64,000 nt of DNA from the human T2T-CHM13v2.0 reference genome, Homo sapiens, in the NCBI RefSeq assembly GCF_009914755.1, contig NC_060936.1. One strand, given 5' to 3'. Of this stretch, positions 15,045 to 30,310 are shown piece after piece. Under the pieces are notes generated by a model that was not told the origin of the DNA, did no database searches, and saw nothing but the letters and a program-made list of their open reading frames with translations. Position numbers and translations under genes: made by a program. Position 1 is the stretch's first letter. Every line of letters starts with the position of its first letter.

Positions 15045-17175
15045 CAATTCTTCTTTAAACGTTTGGTAGAATTCACCAAAGAAGCCATCTGGGACAATGA
15101 TTTCCTTTGTGGAAAATTTTGCAATTCCAGTTAATCACTGAGTTTATTATAGGTTGAGTCATATTTTCTATAAATGTATTTCTTGAGTGAGATTTGGTAG
15201 TGTCTACCAATTTGTCCATTTCATCTAGGTTAACTAATTTGTTCTCATATAATTTTCCAGAGTATCAACTTACAACACTTTTATTTCATTCAGTAGTGCT
15301 GCCTCCATTTCATTCCTGGTTTAGAAACTCAAGTCTTTGCTCTTTTTGTCCTTGGTTGGTCTAGCTAAAGATTTGTTAATGTTATTGATCATTTTGAAAA
15401 CCAATTTTGATGTTGTAGGTTTTCTCTATTGTACTTCTATTCTCTGTATCATGATGCCCATTCCTGAATCAGTCTTTAATGGTATCATTACTGTTTTATT
15501 TGGATTTAGTTTGGATTTGAATTTCTGCTTTAATGGTATCATTACTGTTGTTATTTGGATTTAGTTTGCTAATCCTGGTTTACTGTCTGCTTGACTTAAC
15601 TTTAGTTTGCTTCTTCTCTATCTAGTTTCTTAAGATAGACGTTGAGATTGTGAACTTGAAATTTTTAGGATCTTTTAATGTGTGTTTATAGCTATAAATT
15701 TCATTTGACCCCTGCTTTAGCTGCTTCTCATAGGTTTTGGCATGCTGTGCTTTTGTTCTCATTCATATCAAAGTAGTTTGTAACTTTACTCATAATTTAT
15801 TATTTGACTCATTGTTTACATTGTTTAATTTTTGTATATTTCTGAACTTCCTAAATTACATTATATTATTGACTTTTACATTTATTCTACTTTGAGCTGA
15901 GGAGATTCTTTGCAGGTTTTTAATCTTTTTAAATGTATTGGAGCTTGTTTTATGGCTAACATACAGTCTATCTTGGAGAATGTTCTAGGCACTATTGAGA
16001 ACAATGTATATTTTTCTATTGTTGGGTGGAGTATTCTATAGATATCTGTTTGATATGATTGTTTTATAGTCATATTCAAATCTTCTATTTCCTTGAAGAT
16101 AATATTTTTAGTTTCTCTACACTATATTAAAAGTGAAATATTGACATCTTCCAGTATTTTTGAATAATTGATTGATCAATTGATATATTTTGGCACTTTG
16201 AGAGGCCGAGGCGGGTGGATCACTTGAGGTCAAGAGTTCAAGAGCAACATGGCCAACATGCTGAAATCCTGTCTCTACCAAAAATACAAAAAATTAGCTG
16301 GTCGTGGTGGCACATGCCTGTAATCTGAGTTACTCGGAAGGTTGAGGCAGGAGAAGAGCTTGAAACCAGGAGGCGGAGGCTGCAGTGAGCCGAGATTGCA
16401 CCACTGCACTCCAGCCTGAGTGACAGAGCGAGACTCTATCTCAAAAAAAAAAAAATTGATGTATTTTTGGATGTTACTGTTAGATGCATTTGTAGTCATT
16501 GCTTTTATCTTGACATATTTTTTGATGCTTTTATCTTTTCAAATGTCTTTCTTCGGCTTTAGTAACGCTTCTTGTTAAAGGTCAGTTTTGATAGCAGTAT
16601 AGTCACTTCAACTCACCTTTGGGTACTAATTTCATGGTAGGTTCCCTCTCCTTTTATTTTCAACCTATTGTGTCTTAAAATCTATAATTTGTCTCTTGTA
16701 GGCAGCATAGAGTTGAATAATGTTGTTGTTGTTGTTGCCAATATTTGCCTTTTCACTGGAAGGGACTCCCTTTAGTGTTTAAAACAGGGCAAATCTGCTG
16801 GTAATGCATCCTCTCAGGTTTTTGTTTATCTGAGAATCTCTTATTTCCCCTTCATTTTGGAATATCTCTTTTCCCCTTCATTTGCTAAATATGGACTTAT
16901 TGGTTGACATATCACCATAATTTCCCAGATTTTTAAAAAATATCTAATACATTTTTGTTGAATGCTAAATATTTTGAATATTATAAAGTGGCAGTTCCAG
17001 AAATCAAATCCCCTTTACTCTCCAGGGTTTACTGTTTTTGGTGTTTGTTATTTTTGTTGTCCTTGTTGCCTTTTTGTTTAGTAGCTTTCCTGGACAAATT
17101 TTTAAAAGTCTGTGTCTTCTGTTTTTTGTGTCTCCTGGAGCCTCTTCTTGATTAGATTAGAAGTCAGGTAAGAAA
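15045..17175 (-). mobile_element. Old L1M (ORF2 endonuclease region), interrupted by an Alu
   Basis: ORF 15882-16079 reads DIYRILHPT..YTLFS...TFSKID, an L1 endonuclease motif. tttggtagaattcacc motif also present. Confidence 0.85.
16193..16455 (+). mobile_element. 5'-truncated AluS
   Basis: TSD aattgatatatttttgg / aattgatgtatttttgg and a poly-A tail. Confidence 0.93.
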
Positions 17176-17184
17176 TGGGCAGAG

Positions 17185-17799
<615 letters not shown>

Positions 17800-17829
17800 A
17801 TGGCAATTTTATATTTTTTCCAATTAAAA

Positions 17830-18335
17830 ACATTTTTATTTTAGGTTCAAAGGTATTTGTACAGGTTTGTTACACAGGTAAACTAGATATCACAGGGATT
17901 TGGTATATAATTTCATCACACAGGTAATAAGCATAGTACTCAACAGGTGGTTTTTTTATCCTCACCCACCTCCCAACCTCCACCCTCAAGTCAGCCCCAG
18001 TGTCTTTTGCTTTCTTCCTTGTGTCCATATGTACTCAATGTCTAATGTCTTAACTCTCACTTATAAGTGAGAACATGTGGTATTTGGTTTCCTGTTCCTG
18101 TGTTAGTTCACTTAGGATAATGGCCTCCTGCTCCATCCATGTTCTTGCAAAGGACTTGATTGCGTTCTTTTTTACGGCTGCATAGTATTCCATGGTGTAT
18201 GTGTCCACATTTTGTGTATCCAGTCTACTGTTGATGGGCATTTAGGTTGATTCCATGTCTTTGCTATTGTGAATAGTGCTGCAATTAACATACATATGCA
18301 TCTGTCCTTATGGTAGAATGATTTATAACCCTTTA
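17830..18335 (-). mobile_element. Old L1PA 3' end
   Basis: ORF 18050-18241 reads YTMEYYAAVKKN...TWME..IILSELTQEQ (L1 ORF2 C-terminus), plus 3' UTR. Confidence 0.92.
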
Positions 18336-18339
18336 AAGG

Positions 18340-19070
18340 CTTTGAGACAATGTGTCTCCTAGCCTTTACCCAGGTGCTCTGTGTGCTTGATGAGGTTTGC
18401 TTTGAAATTTGACAGACCGCTTGCAGCTCTCTGCCTTAGCCTTCACTTCCTGCTTGTGCAGAGCCTCACAGTCAGCCAGAGGTGAGAGACTGGCACCTTC
18501 TCAGGTCATTCCTGGGATGTGCACAGTCCTACATATGCATGTGGCCTTTTATTTTCTTAGGAATACGTAGGACCCTTCCAAAGCCCCTGTGGGGATGTCA
18601 TTCCCAGTCATTCCCAAGGTTTTCCTTCTCTGTTTTATGTCAGCTTCTTGTTAGCCACAACCATAGCTTCAGGCAGTTACAATGTTATACAGTTGTTGCA
18701 GATTACTTTTGACAACTCTTGATGCAAAAAGGGCTATTGACTGGGAAAGTTCTGAACAAGTCAGTTGAAGAAAAACCTTTAGAATAGAAATTTTCCATGG
18801 AGCTGACAGATTTTCAAAGCTGCCACAGAGCCTGGGAGTGGAAGCATGGAAATGGCGCAAGCTAAGACATTCACAAAGCTCACTGTTCTTACTGAGATTC
18901 AGTAGATTTTTCTTAAATGAACACTCCTGAGATTGTCACAAACCTTTAGTTAGTTTCCAGAGTTCTGAAAATAAATTGATTTTGACGATTGTTGGCAGTA
19001 CTCTCATTGAGTTGATGGAGGGTAGAATTTTTGGAAGTCTGCCCTTCCAGGAGTGCTTCTCCATTGTTTT
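18340..19070 (-). mobile_element. L1M 5'-region fragment
   Basis: ctctgccttagccttcacttcctgcttgtgcagagcctc motif. Confidence 0.6.
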
Positions 19071-20729
19071 GATTTTTAAATGTTGCCTATTTATCAAATT
19101 AAATAATAAAACACTACCCCAGCCCACTAAGAAAAGTTTGCAAGTAAATTCTGCCTGTTGACTGATAGGTTCACCTTCCTATCAGGGTCAGTTGAAGAAA
19201 GTGTGGAAGGTAGATTCTTAGTCACAGATGTGGGTACAACTAAAACTAGTGCTAAGGACTCAATATTCTTCTGGTGACATAAGAAAAGTATATGAAATTA
19301 AGAAATAGGACTCTAACTCCCTTTGCACGTGTATCTTTCTTATCAGAAGACAGCAGCAGAGCCGTGCTAACTCGATTTTACCAACAAGTTTAGAAAACCC
19401 AGAGATGTTCAAGGCGACGTCTCCTTGGCAGTTGTCGGCAAAATTTCCTATGAATTACTGGGCATGAATTTCCTTCCCTTTGTTACCAGGAGTCAAGCAT
19501 TTAAGTATAAATTGTCAATCGGTGTGGATGTTATTGCCTAATTTTGTCTTTTTTTACACCTATAATTTAAACATTTATTTTTTCTTTCTAATTGGATGTG
19601 TGGCATCTATTTCCTGTTGACTTCGCTATAGATAAAGCTTTGTTCTTAACCTTTTGCTCTACTATGTAGATTCTGATGTCAATAATAATTAGAGAGTTCT
19701 TTCTTCTTCATTTCTGTTTTGGCTCGCCCAGTCCAGAACTCACATTCTTAGTTGAAGTCCTGCAACATGGCCCCTTGCAGCTGCAAGCTTCCCTGCTTCC
19801 CCTTTCACTCGATAACATTGCCAGGGGCTTTTCTCCTTCCTCGGCCCTGCCTCACACACCAAATCTCCAACCAGCCAGAGCACGTCTCACAGAAGAGCGA
19901 TGTCTTAGAGCGCTTAGGGCTGCCAATGTGTCTCAGACCTCAGACCCTATTTAAAAATTGCCCTGATTGTCTTCTTTTATAGACATATTTATTTTGTGAT
20001 CCGTAAGACAAAAGACAGCCTTTATTTCTGTTTTGATGTTTAGTTCACAATTTAAACACCTGTCCTATGCAGAATTAATCAGCTTCCTATTCTTTATATT
20101 GGGCTCCTGTAAAAGTTACTGTGAGCATTAGCTGGGATCTCTTCAGTTTCATGGGCCAGAAAAGCAGCTCAAGCGAAATTAAGGGAAGTGATGGAATATT
20201 GACTCACGTCAGACTAAACATGACCCAGACTTAGGTCCAGCTGGATCTTGGTTCACAAGCAAGGCATGCAGGGTTCTGACTCCAACATTTGGCTTCGCTT
20301 TTGTCTTGATTCGAATTACTTTCAGGAAATGCCTTTCTCAATGGGGGTCAAGCAGTCCAGGCTCAGCAAGCCAAGCTTTCAGGGAACTTCTCTTTCCTAA
20401 GAGTTTCGGAATAAGCCCTGAAATTTGGCTTTGACTGGGGCAATTCGGTCCACATGCTCATGTCCAAAATAATGGCTTTGGTCAGGCGAATGGGATATGC
20501 TGGTCAGTTCTGCTTGTATAACTTGACCACTTCTGGATCCAGCCCTATACTCAAATAGCAGGCACTGGCCGTTGGAAAGTGGAGGTTATCCAAAAGAAAA
20601 GCAGAGTGCTTTTACTTCAAGAAACAGAAATTATTATTAGGCAGACAAAAAATAATGAATTTCTTCTCCATCATGACTGATCTCTTGAAACATGAGTATA
20701 GCATAGAAGAAATAGCACTGAAGTAATGA

Positions 20730-20985
20730 TAACAGCTAATGTTTGTGCAATGGTTTCTATGTACCAGTTACTGCTCAAGAAACTCATGTGGCCTAGTTCA
20801 TTGAAGGCTCAATCATTCCAAGGGAGGTAATTTTACTATCCCCCATTTTACGGACATGGAAATTGAGTGACAGTTAGCTTAGGTAACTGGGCTAAGACTT
20901 CACGGGTGATAAGTTGTGGGTCTGGAATTTGAACCTATGTATCTATTATCCTGCCCTTTATGTTTATACCCACCACTCTGTTTTG
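20730..20985 (-). mobile_element. MIR
   Basis: ccccattttacggacatggaaattgag...ggaatttgaacc. Confidence 0.75.
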
Positions 20986-23780
20986 CCTTTGATATAGAGG
21001 ACCAAGGATCCTCTCTTGGCTACTGACGCTGTGAACATCAGCAGATCAATTCAACTCTGAGCATCTCAGTTTCTTCCTCTTAACAAAAAGATAAATGCAG
21101 GTCATCTCCCAAGCCCTGTCATCATGTGAACCTGACACAATACCATCATTCGTCACTCAGTTAAATAGCAAATAGTAATGTTTCCAAGTGCGTCTTTAAG
21201 CCAAATGGGACACGGTACTGAGTAAGGAATTTTGAACAACTGGGAATTTGTAAAATGCAAATCGTGAAACAAATATAAAATATCATTTTATTATAATGAT
21301 TTTTGCTGTTCCTGGAAATAATTCACTTGTGTCTCTGCAGGGCTAAGGAATTAAGCAAGGGAGCATTTTCCAGGTGTGCTGAGAACAGAAAGGAGAGCCC
21401 TTTCCTTTGACCACTCAAAAGGGCCATAGCTCAGCTGTGGTCAGCCCTTATTAGGCTCTTTTTACTAAACCTTATAGGCTGTTATTAGTCACAGCTATTA
21501 AGGCTGTCAAGTTCTCCCTTGTGATCTTTGCTCTAACACAAAGTGACATTCAGACATTCTGAAGTTCAGTGGCAACACTGTCTTGCATTCACTCGGCTAA
21601 CACCTCTCAGCATCCTTAGTGGTGGCAGATTAAGCCTGGCTGACCTTTGAGGGCACCTGCTTTATGGAGTTTGGTTTCCCCCACTTGGTTCTGTCTCAGA
21701 AAGCTGATCTTTCCATAAAAGACTGTAAGGCATAGTGCTTGCTTCTACAAAGGAGAGAGTAAGGTGCTTTTAAAGATGTGTGCAGAAAACTAGTTTTTCT
21801 GATTGAAGTTTGCCCCCGCTGCCACCCGGCTGGCTGCCCAATTGACATTGAACAGGGCAGTGACCCTGCCCCTTGCTAAGTGTGGCTGTCAGGTATACAG
21901 ATTCCTGAGATTTCGTTGGGCAGCTTTCTAGCAGGTGGCTGGAGTTTAGCCTGAGAGCCAGGCAGACACATTTGCACCCTTTCCAAGTTCCAGGAGGGCC
22001 CTGATTCCTTCTTTTCACTGCTAGCTCACCTAGAGTCCTGGAGGCTTTGTCATTTACTCCCTACTCCATTTTATACTTAAATAGATTTTGTAAACATCCA
22101 AATTCCACCCGATCACCTTATCTATTACAGCTTTCCCCAAGACTATTTCTCCTCTAGTCCTGCACACACACATGTTCATTTCACAATGGAAATAAAATGC
22201 TCCATTCCTTTTTATTTCATATTTCTGATGACACATTTTAAACAGCCTTTAGAATTGTGGTTGCGTTTGGGTAAACACCTGTGTTGACATCCACGCAGCA
22301 GAATGCAGAGTCTGGAGCCACACAGGATGAATTCAAATCCTGTTTCCACCACACTTGGTTACCTTGGCAAGTGGCTTCATATTTCCAAGACTTGGTTTCT
22401 TAGTCTTTTCAAAATAAGTAGTCTGTTCTATGGAAGGGTCCTCTGGTCTGTTTTAGGATTAATATGAGAAGAGTTGCCAGTTTCCTCAAGTTCCTTCTCA
22501 TTATCCTTTCCTTACAGAAACCAGGAGAGAAGGGGATGGAGAACTCACTTGGCTGGATTTCAGGTGTCTGGCCCCTCCAGGAGCCCTTTATGTTGATTAT
22601 TTCAAGACAGGTTTGAAAGACATATTTCTAGAATATGAATGATATCTCCATTTCACAGCTAGAGACTAAGGCTTGAGAATTTACATGCCCACGATCCTTC
22701 GGGGATTAAACAAGGAAAATGAGCCTGATTCACCCTTCTCCAGAATGTGTGTTAGTTGGCCATGAGCAACCATCCATAATGTATTCTATAAATTGAGGAA
22801 CCAGCTGATGATGTTCAAGGATGTTTTTTAATTAGGTGGTGTATTTATGGGAGGGTCCTGTGAATCGCGACTGCATAGCAGTTTCACGGTGAGTGCTGAT
22901 GGGCTGGGTGGAGGATGCTAAGGTCAATCAATGTCTAGAATGAGCTTTTGACCCTCTGGGGAAGCAACTGAAAAGCAAACACTTCTGCAGGGAACCAGAT
23001 GGCCAATCAATGGCATTCATGTGGAGCAGCATCTCATTTCACTGTTGTACTGAAGGTGAGGTGTACCGCAAACAGCACAGAATGAAGCAAAAGCAAAAAA
23101 AAAAAAAAAAAAAGCCAAACTAAAAAAAGGAAAACAGGAAACATTTAGAAGGGCCTTTCTCTGCAAAGACGGGATCCCTTGAAATTGAACTTGAATCAAT
23201 AGATGGCCACTCATATTCTGTATTGAACAGGAGTTCATTAAAAAAATCAGTGACCTGCACCAATCAATAAGACTTCAGGGACCAAGGTTTCTTAAACAGC
23301 GCAGAGGCAGCAAATTGCAGAAAAATAGACCTTTATTCTCCAGGAAGACAGAATTCTTCCAAGTTAAATTAATAAGCCCACAGCTACAGCCTGCATAAAC
23401 CTTGAAACATTGATAGAATTGTTTCAAAAACAACAATGACAAAAACAAAAACAGGGCTAATCAGCTTTGTTGACACTTAATTTAACTTCAAAGGTATGTC
23501 TGTAACATTGACAAAAAGGGAGCCAAACCAAGAAGGAAGAAAGTGTTTTTCGCATCCATTCCAGTGAAGATAGTGTGCAAACAGAAATCAGTTCTTTTAG
23601 CATGGAAACTTCCCCTCTGTAGAATGAATGTTTTGTGAAGTTGACTTGCAGATGTAACCTGATGGATTTCCCTCACAAAGTAGAGTGTGCAGCCTTCAGC
23701 CTCAGGGCGTAGCCTTCAGACGTCTGAGATATAAATGAATTGGCTAGCATTCTTGCTATAAGGGATGAGTGAACGAATTC

Positions 23781-23990
23781 AGATTTTTCCAACGCTGACA
23801 TTTGAGGGCTGATCATTTTTTGTTATGTGTGTGTAGGGGCTGCCTTGTGCATTTTAGGATGCTTAGCGGCGTTCCTGGCCTCTACCCACCATCAGTGGCC
23901 AACACTCCTCTAAGTTGTGAGGAGCAAAACTGTCTCCAGACATTGCTAAATGTCCCCTGGGGGCAAAATTGTCCCAGATGAGCACCATTG
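23781..23990 (+). mobile_element. MER20 hAT transposon
   Basis: ctggcctctacccac...tgtctccagacattgctaaatgtcccctgggggcaaaatt. Confidence 0.88.
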
Positions 23991-24373
23991 AACTCTTCCT
24001 CCAGGAAAAAGGTGGGAAGAAAAGGAATAGATTGGATCTCATAAGCTAATAGATAGAAGTCAGTAGTCTTCTGGATGACAGGAACCAGAGCTGAAACTGA
24101 GACTCACACTTTCTTTTTTTTTTTCTTGTTTCTATATGTAAGTTATTACTTCTCCAGACAAACTTCTCTGGAAGGTTGCCATAAGTAGCTTCAAGCTCAT
24201 ATCTATGCAATTCTATAAACAGGGAGAAAAATAATCTTCTCCACTAAGGTCAGAACCGAAACTCCCGAGAAAGAGCCGTCTTGGGTCAAAAGTCTACTGC
24301 AAGGCAGGCTGGAGCTGTTTGTGTTGGGAGGTACATGCTAGGTGCGTCCAATTGCCTCACATCTTGGTCTTTT

Positions 24374-25010
24374 TGAAGTGGCACTGTTGTCTGGGGTAAA
24401 TACTTGAGGTTTGTTAGTCTCATGCCAAGGAAATGGAGTGCATGGACACACAAGAAGTGGGTTTAGGAGAGGAGGTTTAATAGGCAAAAGAAGAAGAAAG
24501 GAGAATAGCTCTCTCCCCTGAGAGAGAGGGGGATGCCCGAGTGGGACTTCCAGCCTGCTCTAGTGCACAGGGTTTTATAGACAGGCTTGAGGAGGCAGTG
24601 TCTGATTTATACAGGGCCCAAAGATTGGTTGGACCAGGTGTGACGTTTACATAGCATGTGAAGAAGCTGGCCTCCCCACCCTAATCTTTTATTATGCAAA
24701 TGCATTTTTTAACCGGGCCAGAGCTGTGTTGTCTGCTCCTTACTGTGCAACTGGCTGATAAGGCAAAGGGAAGATGGAGCCTCCATGTTGGACATGCCTG
24801 GCCCCAGGTGGCCTCTTCCTGTTGGCACAGCTGCAGGTACTCACCCGTGCAACTTTCCAGCTTGCTTGTCTGTGTCTGCAGATTGATTTTACAGGCTGCT
24901 CTTTGTTAGAAAAGAAAATTATTTGGGGCTGCTTTTCATTAAAAGGGAAACCTTACTAGGGACTTCCATACCTTATCTGCCTAAGTAATTGCTTTTTAAC
25001 TCCTGTGTCA
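24374..25010 (-). mobile_element. LTR9-like solo LTR (ERV1)
   Basis: TG...CA ends, 4-bp TSD tttt, ttgtctggggtaaatac terminal motif. Confidence 0.85.
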
Positions 25011-25377
25011 TTTTGAGCAGGGTTTCCAGCTAAGGAGAAAGGGAAAAAGGGTTTGTCATTCATTCACCTGTCAATCACACACTTTGTGCCATTCACTGTG
25101 CTGAGTGTTGATGCTATAAAGATGAATAACTCACTGTTAAGCTTTTGAAAGGTTTACAGAGTAGTTTATGAAACGCACAGGTAAGAATGGGACAGTGTGC
25201 TACATCAGCTCAGCAGCAGGTGACAGTAAACTTGATTTTGGTGATTGGTGAAATGATGGAGAAGGATCCCAAAAGGCAAACAGGAGCTGAGAGGGAACAG
25301 AGGGCTCTGATTAGGAAGACAATGAGAAATCAGGAAGTCTCACAATTGAAAAAGTCTTGGCTATTTAAAAACCACCT

Positions 25378-25782
<405 letters not shown>

Positions 25783-26005
25783 TCATGAACAAAGGAGTTT
25801 GGAGTCGACTCCCAGGTCAGAGAAGAGACAGTGGACAATGTTCATTGGGTGAGAATTTTGGAAAATTGGCTGTGAAATCATGAAATTTAGGAAACAATGT
25901 AGGAGTTAGACAGGAGGGGGGTAAAAGTATGTCTAAAGTTTTCTTCCAGGGATCAAAATAATTCACTGATGTCCTTAAGGAGAGACCAATAAGAAACTTG
26001 GGTGA

Positions 26006-26618
26006 TGTCAATAAAAAGAGTTAAACTCTGTAAAATATTTGAAGGAATTTATTCTGAGCCAAATATGAGTGACCATGGCCTGTGACAGCCCTCAGGAGGT
26101 CCGGAACACATGTGCCCAGGGTGGTTGAGGTGCAGCTTGGATTTATACATTTTAGGGAGACATGAGACACCAATCAAATACATTTGAGATGTACATTGGT
26201 TTGGTCTAAAAAGGGTGGGCTAACTTGAATGGGGAGGGAACTTCCAGCTTATAGGAAGATTTAAATATTTTCTGGTTGACAATTGGTTGAGTTTATCTCA
26301 AGGCCTGGGATCAACAGAAAGGAATGTCTGGATTAAGATAAAGGACTGTGGAGACCCAAGTTCTTATTTGCAGAGGAAGCCTTCAGGTAGCAGGTTTTAG
26401 AGAGAATAGGTTGTAAAATGTTTCTTATCAGACTTAGTCTGTGTTGATGTTAATGCCGAAGAGGTACAATGAGGCCTGTCCGTCCCCCACTTCTCATCAT
26501 GGCCCAAACTAGTCTCTCAGGTTACATTTTAAAAGAGCCCTGGCTGAGGAGGAAGTCCATTCAGATGGTTGAGGGGGGAGGGGTGGGGTGGAGCTTAGAA
26601 TTCTGTTTTTGGTTTACA
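26006..26618 (-). mobile_element. MER4-family solo LTR
   Basis: TG...CA ends, TSD gtga on both sides, cttagaattctgtttttggtttaca terminus. Confidence 0.9.
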
Positions 26619-26889
26619 GTGACAATTTTGTTGAAATGTTAAAGGCCCAGAGTAGCAGGAGACACAGCTGCGTCCAGAGGCCCTCTCTGCTTTGCACCCT
26701 GACTGTCTGGAAGGCCCTGGAGAATGCAGACCCTGCCCGCTGCTCTGGCCCTCCCCTCCTGGCCACCCTGCATCCCATTGTCTTCTTTAGTTTCCTTCAG
26801 AGCAAGCTCTTGCAACCTGCGGCTCTTGGCCGGCATGTGGCAGAGGACAGCTTTGAATGCAGCAGCCCAACACAAATTCCTACAGTTTC

Positions 26890-27008
26890 TTAAAATATTA
26901 TGAGTTTTTTTTTTAGCTCATCAGCTATCATTAGTGTATTTTTTGTGTGGCCCAAGACAATCATTCTTCCAGTGTGGCCCAGGGAAGCCAAAAGATTGGA
27001 CACCCCTA
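26890..27008. mobile_element. MER30 fragment
   Basis: gctcatcagctatcattagtg...ccagtgtggcccagggaagccaaaagattggacaccc. Confidence 0.85.
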
Positions 27009-27569
27009 ATTTAGAGGATTTACCTATAGCTGGGCCTTTCCTTTGACTTGTTTGCTTTGTTATTTTCTGTCTCCCACAGTTGAATGCAATCTCTGGGAGT
27101 TTCCACATCTCTCTTGTCCACGTCTTCACTCATATCATCTAGCACCACATCAGGCGGCTACAGGGTGTTCGACAAATAGCCCTTGAGCTCATTCATTCAT
27201 CTCTTCAATTGTTCATTTTTTAATCACATCTGTATTCAGTCCTATATTCAATGAAGCTTTTAATGAATGCCCACTCTAGTCAGTGCTTTAGAAAGAGCAT
27301 GCTTAGTTGACATGTGGGTATTAGAAATAAAACATTGTCTAAATTGAAAAATATAAGCTGGAAGATATTTCCATTCATGATTTTGTCTCCACGTTTAGAT
27401 TCTGCAAAGAATCCCTGATGCATAGGGCATCATCCCCGATGGAGAATTCTTCCTTTGGACAGACAACCCAAATAAAGTTCTCTTTGAAATGTTTGTGGAT
27501 GGGTAGAGAACTCTGGATTGCAGCAGCTGGTACTTGATGTAGAAATTTGTTCCCAAAATCACTGCTGTC

Positions 27570-28012
27570 GAGAGTGTAGAAATGAGAACACTCATGACAG
27601 CTGGTGGGTGGGAAAGTACAATGGTGTAGCTGCCTTGGAAAACAGTTTGACTGTTCCTCAAAATGTCAAATGTAGTTCTCATATGGTCCAGTAATTCTAC
27701 TCCTAGGTTTGCACCTAAGAGAAATAAAAATAGATGTCCACACACAAATTTGTACGTGAATGTTAATAGCAGTTTTATTCATAATATCTAAAAAGGAGAG
27801 ACAACCCAAGTGTTCATCTACTGAGGAGTGGATAAAAAAGATGTGCTGTAGCCATAGGATGGAATATGATTCAGCCGTGAAGAAGAACAAAGTAGTGGTA
27901 GATGCAACAACATAGGTAAACCTTGAAAACAGGATGCCGAGGGCAAGAAGCCAGCCAAAGATCAATATAAAATGATTCCATTTATATAAAATGTCAGAAT
28001 AGAAAAGGCTGA
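27570..28012 (+). mobile_element. L1M 3' fragment
   Basis: ttggaaaacagtttg...atagcagttttattcataata...atgattccatttatataaaatgtc. Confidence 0.85.
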
Positions 28013-28029
28013 TAGCATGAAACTAGTTA

Positions 28030-28647
<618 letters not shown>

Positions 28648-30156
28648 AACCATTAGATTTTAGAACATTAAATCAGTAATTTATAGATGATACGTCAACA
28701 CGGCAAAAGTTTTGGGTATGATACATAAAATGCAAAATGCCTGAAGTTTGGGATGCACCAAGATAGGCTTTAGGAAATTACATTAAGTATGTCAAATTAT
28801 CTCAATGTTTGTTGTTTCCATTTGCTTAAATTTTGATGATTATTGTGACATGCGAGAGATACTAGGAAGAAAGCAGGTGTGACTTCAGCACCAGGCAGCA
28901 AGCAGATGGCCACAGTCTAATTCTGGGACCCCTGCAAAGGTGGTGACTGTGTCCATGCTGTATGAGCAGATTGGCACAGAGAGTCCCCAAGCATCGACAT
29001 CTAAACCAAAACGCCTTGACTCCAGTTTCTGAGGAAACCTCTACCTTTATGTTTTCTGTGGGCTATTCTGGGCCTGTGGATGGTAACCGCATCCCCTCAT
29101 TGTGCAGCATTTAATTGAACATGGAACTCTTTTGTGGAAGTCAGGGTTTTGCAGTCTACCTTGATAATCTCATCTGGGAACCGCTAGGAATGCGTGTCTG
29201 TATGTTGAAAATGATTACTGTAATTTTGCAGTATTTCTCACTGTGAGAAGGGAGGGTCAGAAAACTCATTCAATTTACAAAAGGTAAAAAAGGAGGCTTC
29301 TGCAGCTGATGGTGGTTAAAACAAGCCTGTTGCATTCTGAGAGTTACTTGCTGGTATTTAGGGCGGATAATTTTGTCTCAGGCTATTTGTCAGGTTATAG
29401 TAAAAATATGCGGTGAGTAGGCAACGCTGCTGCTCTGGGGTTCAATTCAGTCACGACACCTCATACATGGACACCCTCAGTGGCACTGTCAAATGACATT
29501 TATGAATAATCTACATAGGATTTCAACAGAGCCATTTTAACTGGGTATGCAAAGTTTTCCAGAAACAAATCCTCTAAGTCAGTGTTTCCTAAATGTGTTA
29601 TATGTATCATTGGTGATTGGAACATGGTGCGCAGAATGGGATGTAAAAGGCTTTAGAACCTCCTGAGGGCTTTGGACTTGGGTTTATAACCTAGAATGGC
29701 AGAGACAGACATGACAAGCAAAGGGCCCTGGCACCTACCTGAGGAAGACATCACTAATCAATCCTAGCACGCTTCTCGCCTAAGCCCAGATTCCTTCTCA
29801 GGATCCAGCTCCTGAGAGAAGCACCTATGAATTGATTTTCCATTCACAAATGTGGTGAAACCTACATCTTATTTACATGAGAGTCTGTAAGGAGACTGGA
29901 AAAGTAGTAACAACTAGAACATGGTGACAATGAGGCACAAATTTGTACCAGATGGTTTTACACATTGAAAACAAACAAAACACAAAAAACATAAACCTGC
30001 CTCAATTTCTTTCGGCTAGCATCAGAATCTCACTATCAAGGACAGCATTATGCCACAGGCCATAAAATGTCAGCTCTTGGGACAAATACAGTCCTAACAC
30101 TTGCCTTGTTTGACTAGCACACTACTTTATGGATTCCCTGCTAGTGGCTAATGTTG

Positions 30157-30310
30157 AGCATTAGGACAAATACCTAATGCATGCGGGGCTTAAAAACCTA
30201 AATGACGGGTTGATAGGTACAGTAAACCACCATGGCACATGTTTACCTATGTAACAAATCTGCACACTCTGCACATGTATCCCGGAACTTAAACTAAAAT
30301 TAAAAGAAAA
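30157..30310 (+). mobile_element. Short L1PA (PA7/8-like) 3' tail
   Basis: cattaggacaaatacctaatgcatgcggggcttaaaa...caccatggcacatgtttacctatgtaacaaa. Confidence 0.9.

Noticed and set aside
27395-27570. Possible upstream TMEM132B exon 4 or 5
   Set aside because: The translations I checked did not match the expected peptides. I saw no exon 1-5 relic in 1-39000, though a very decayed one could be missed.
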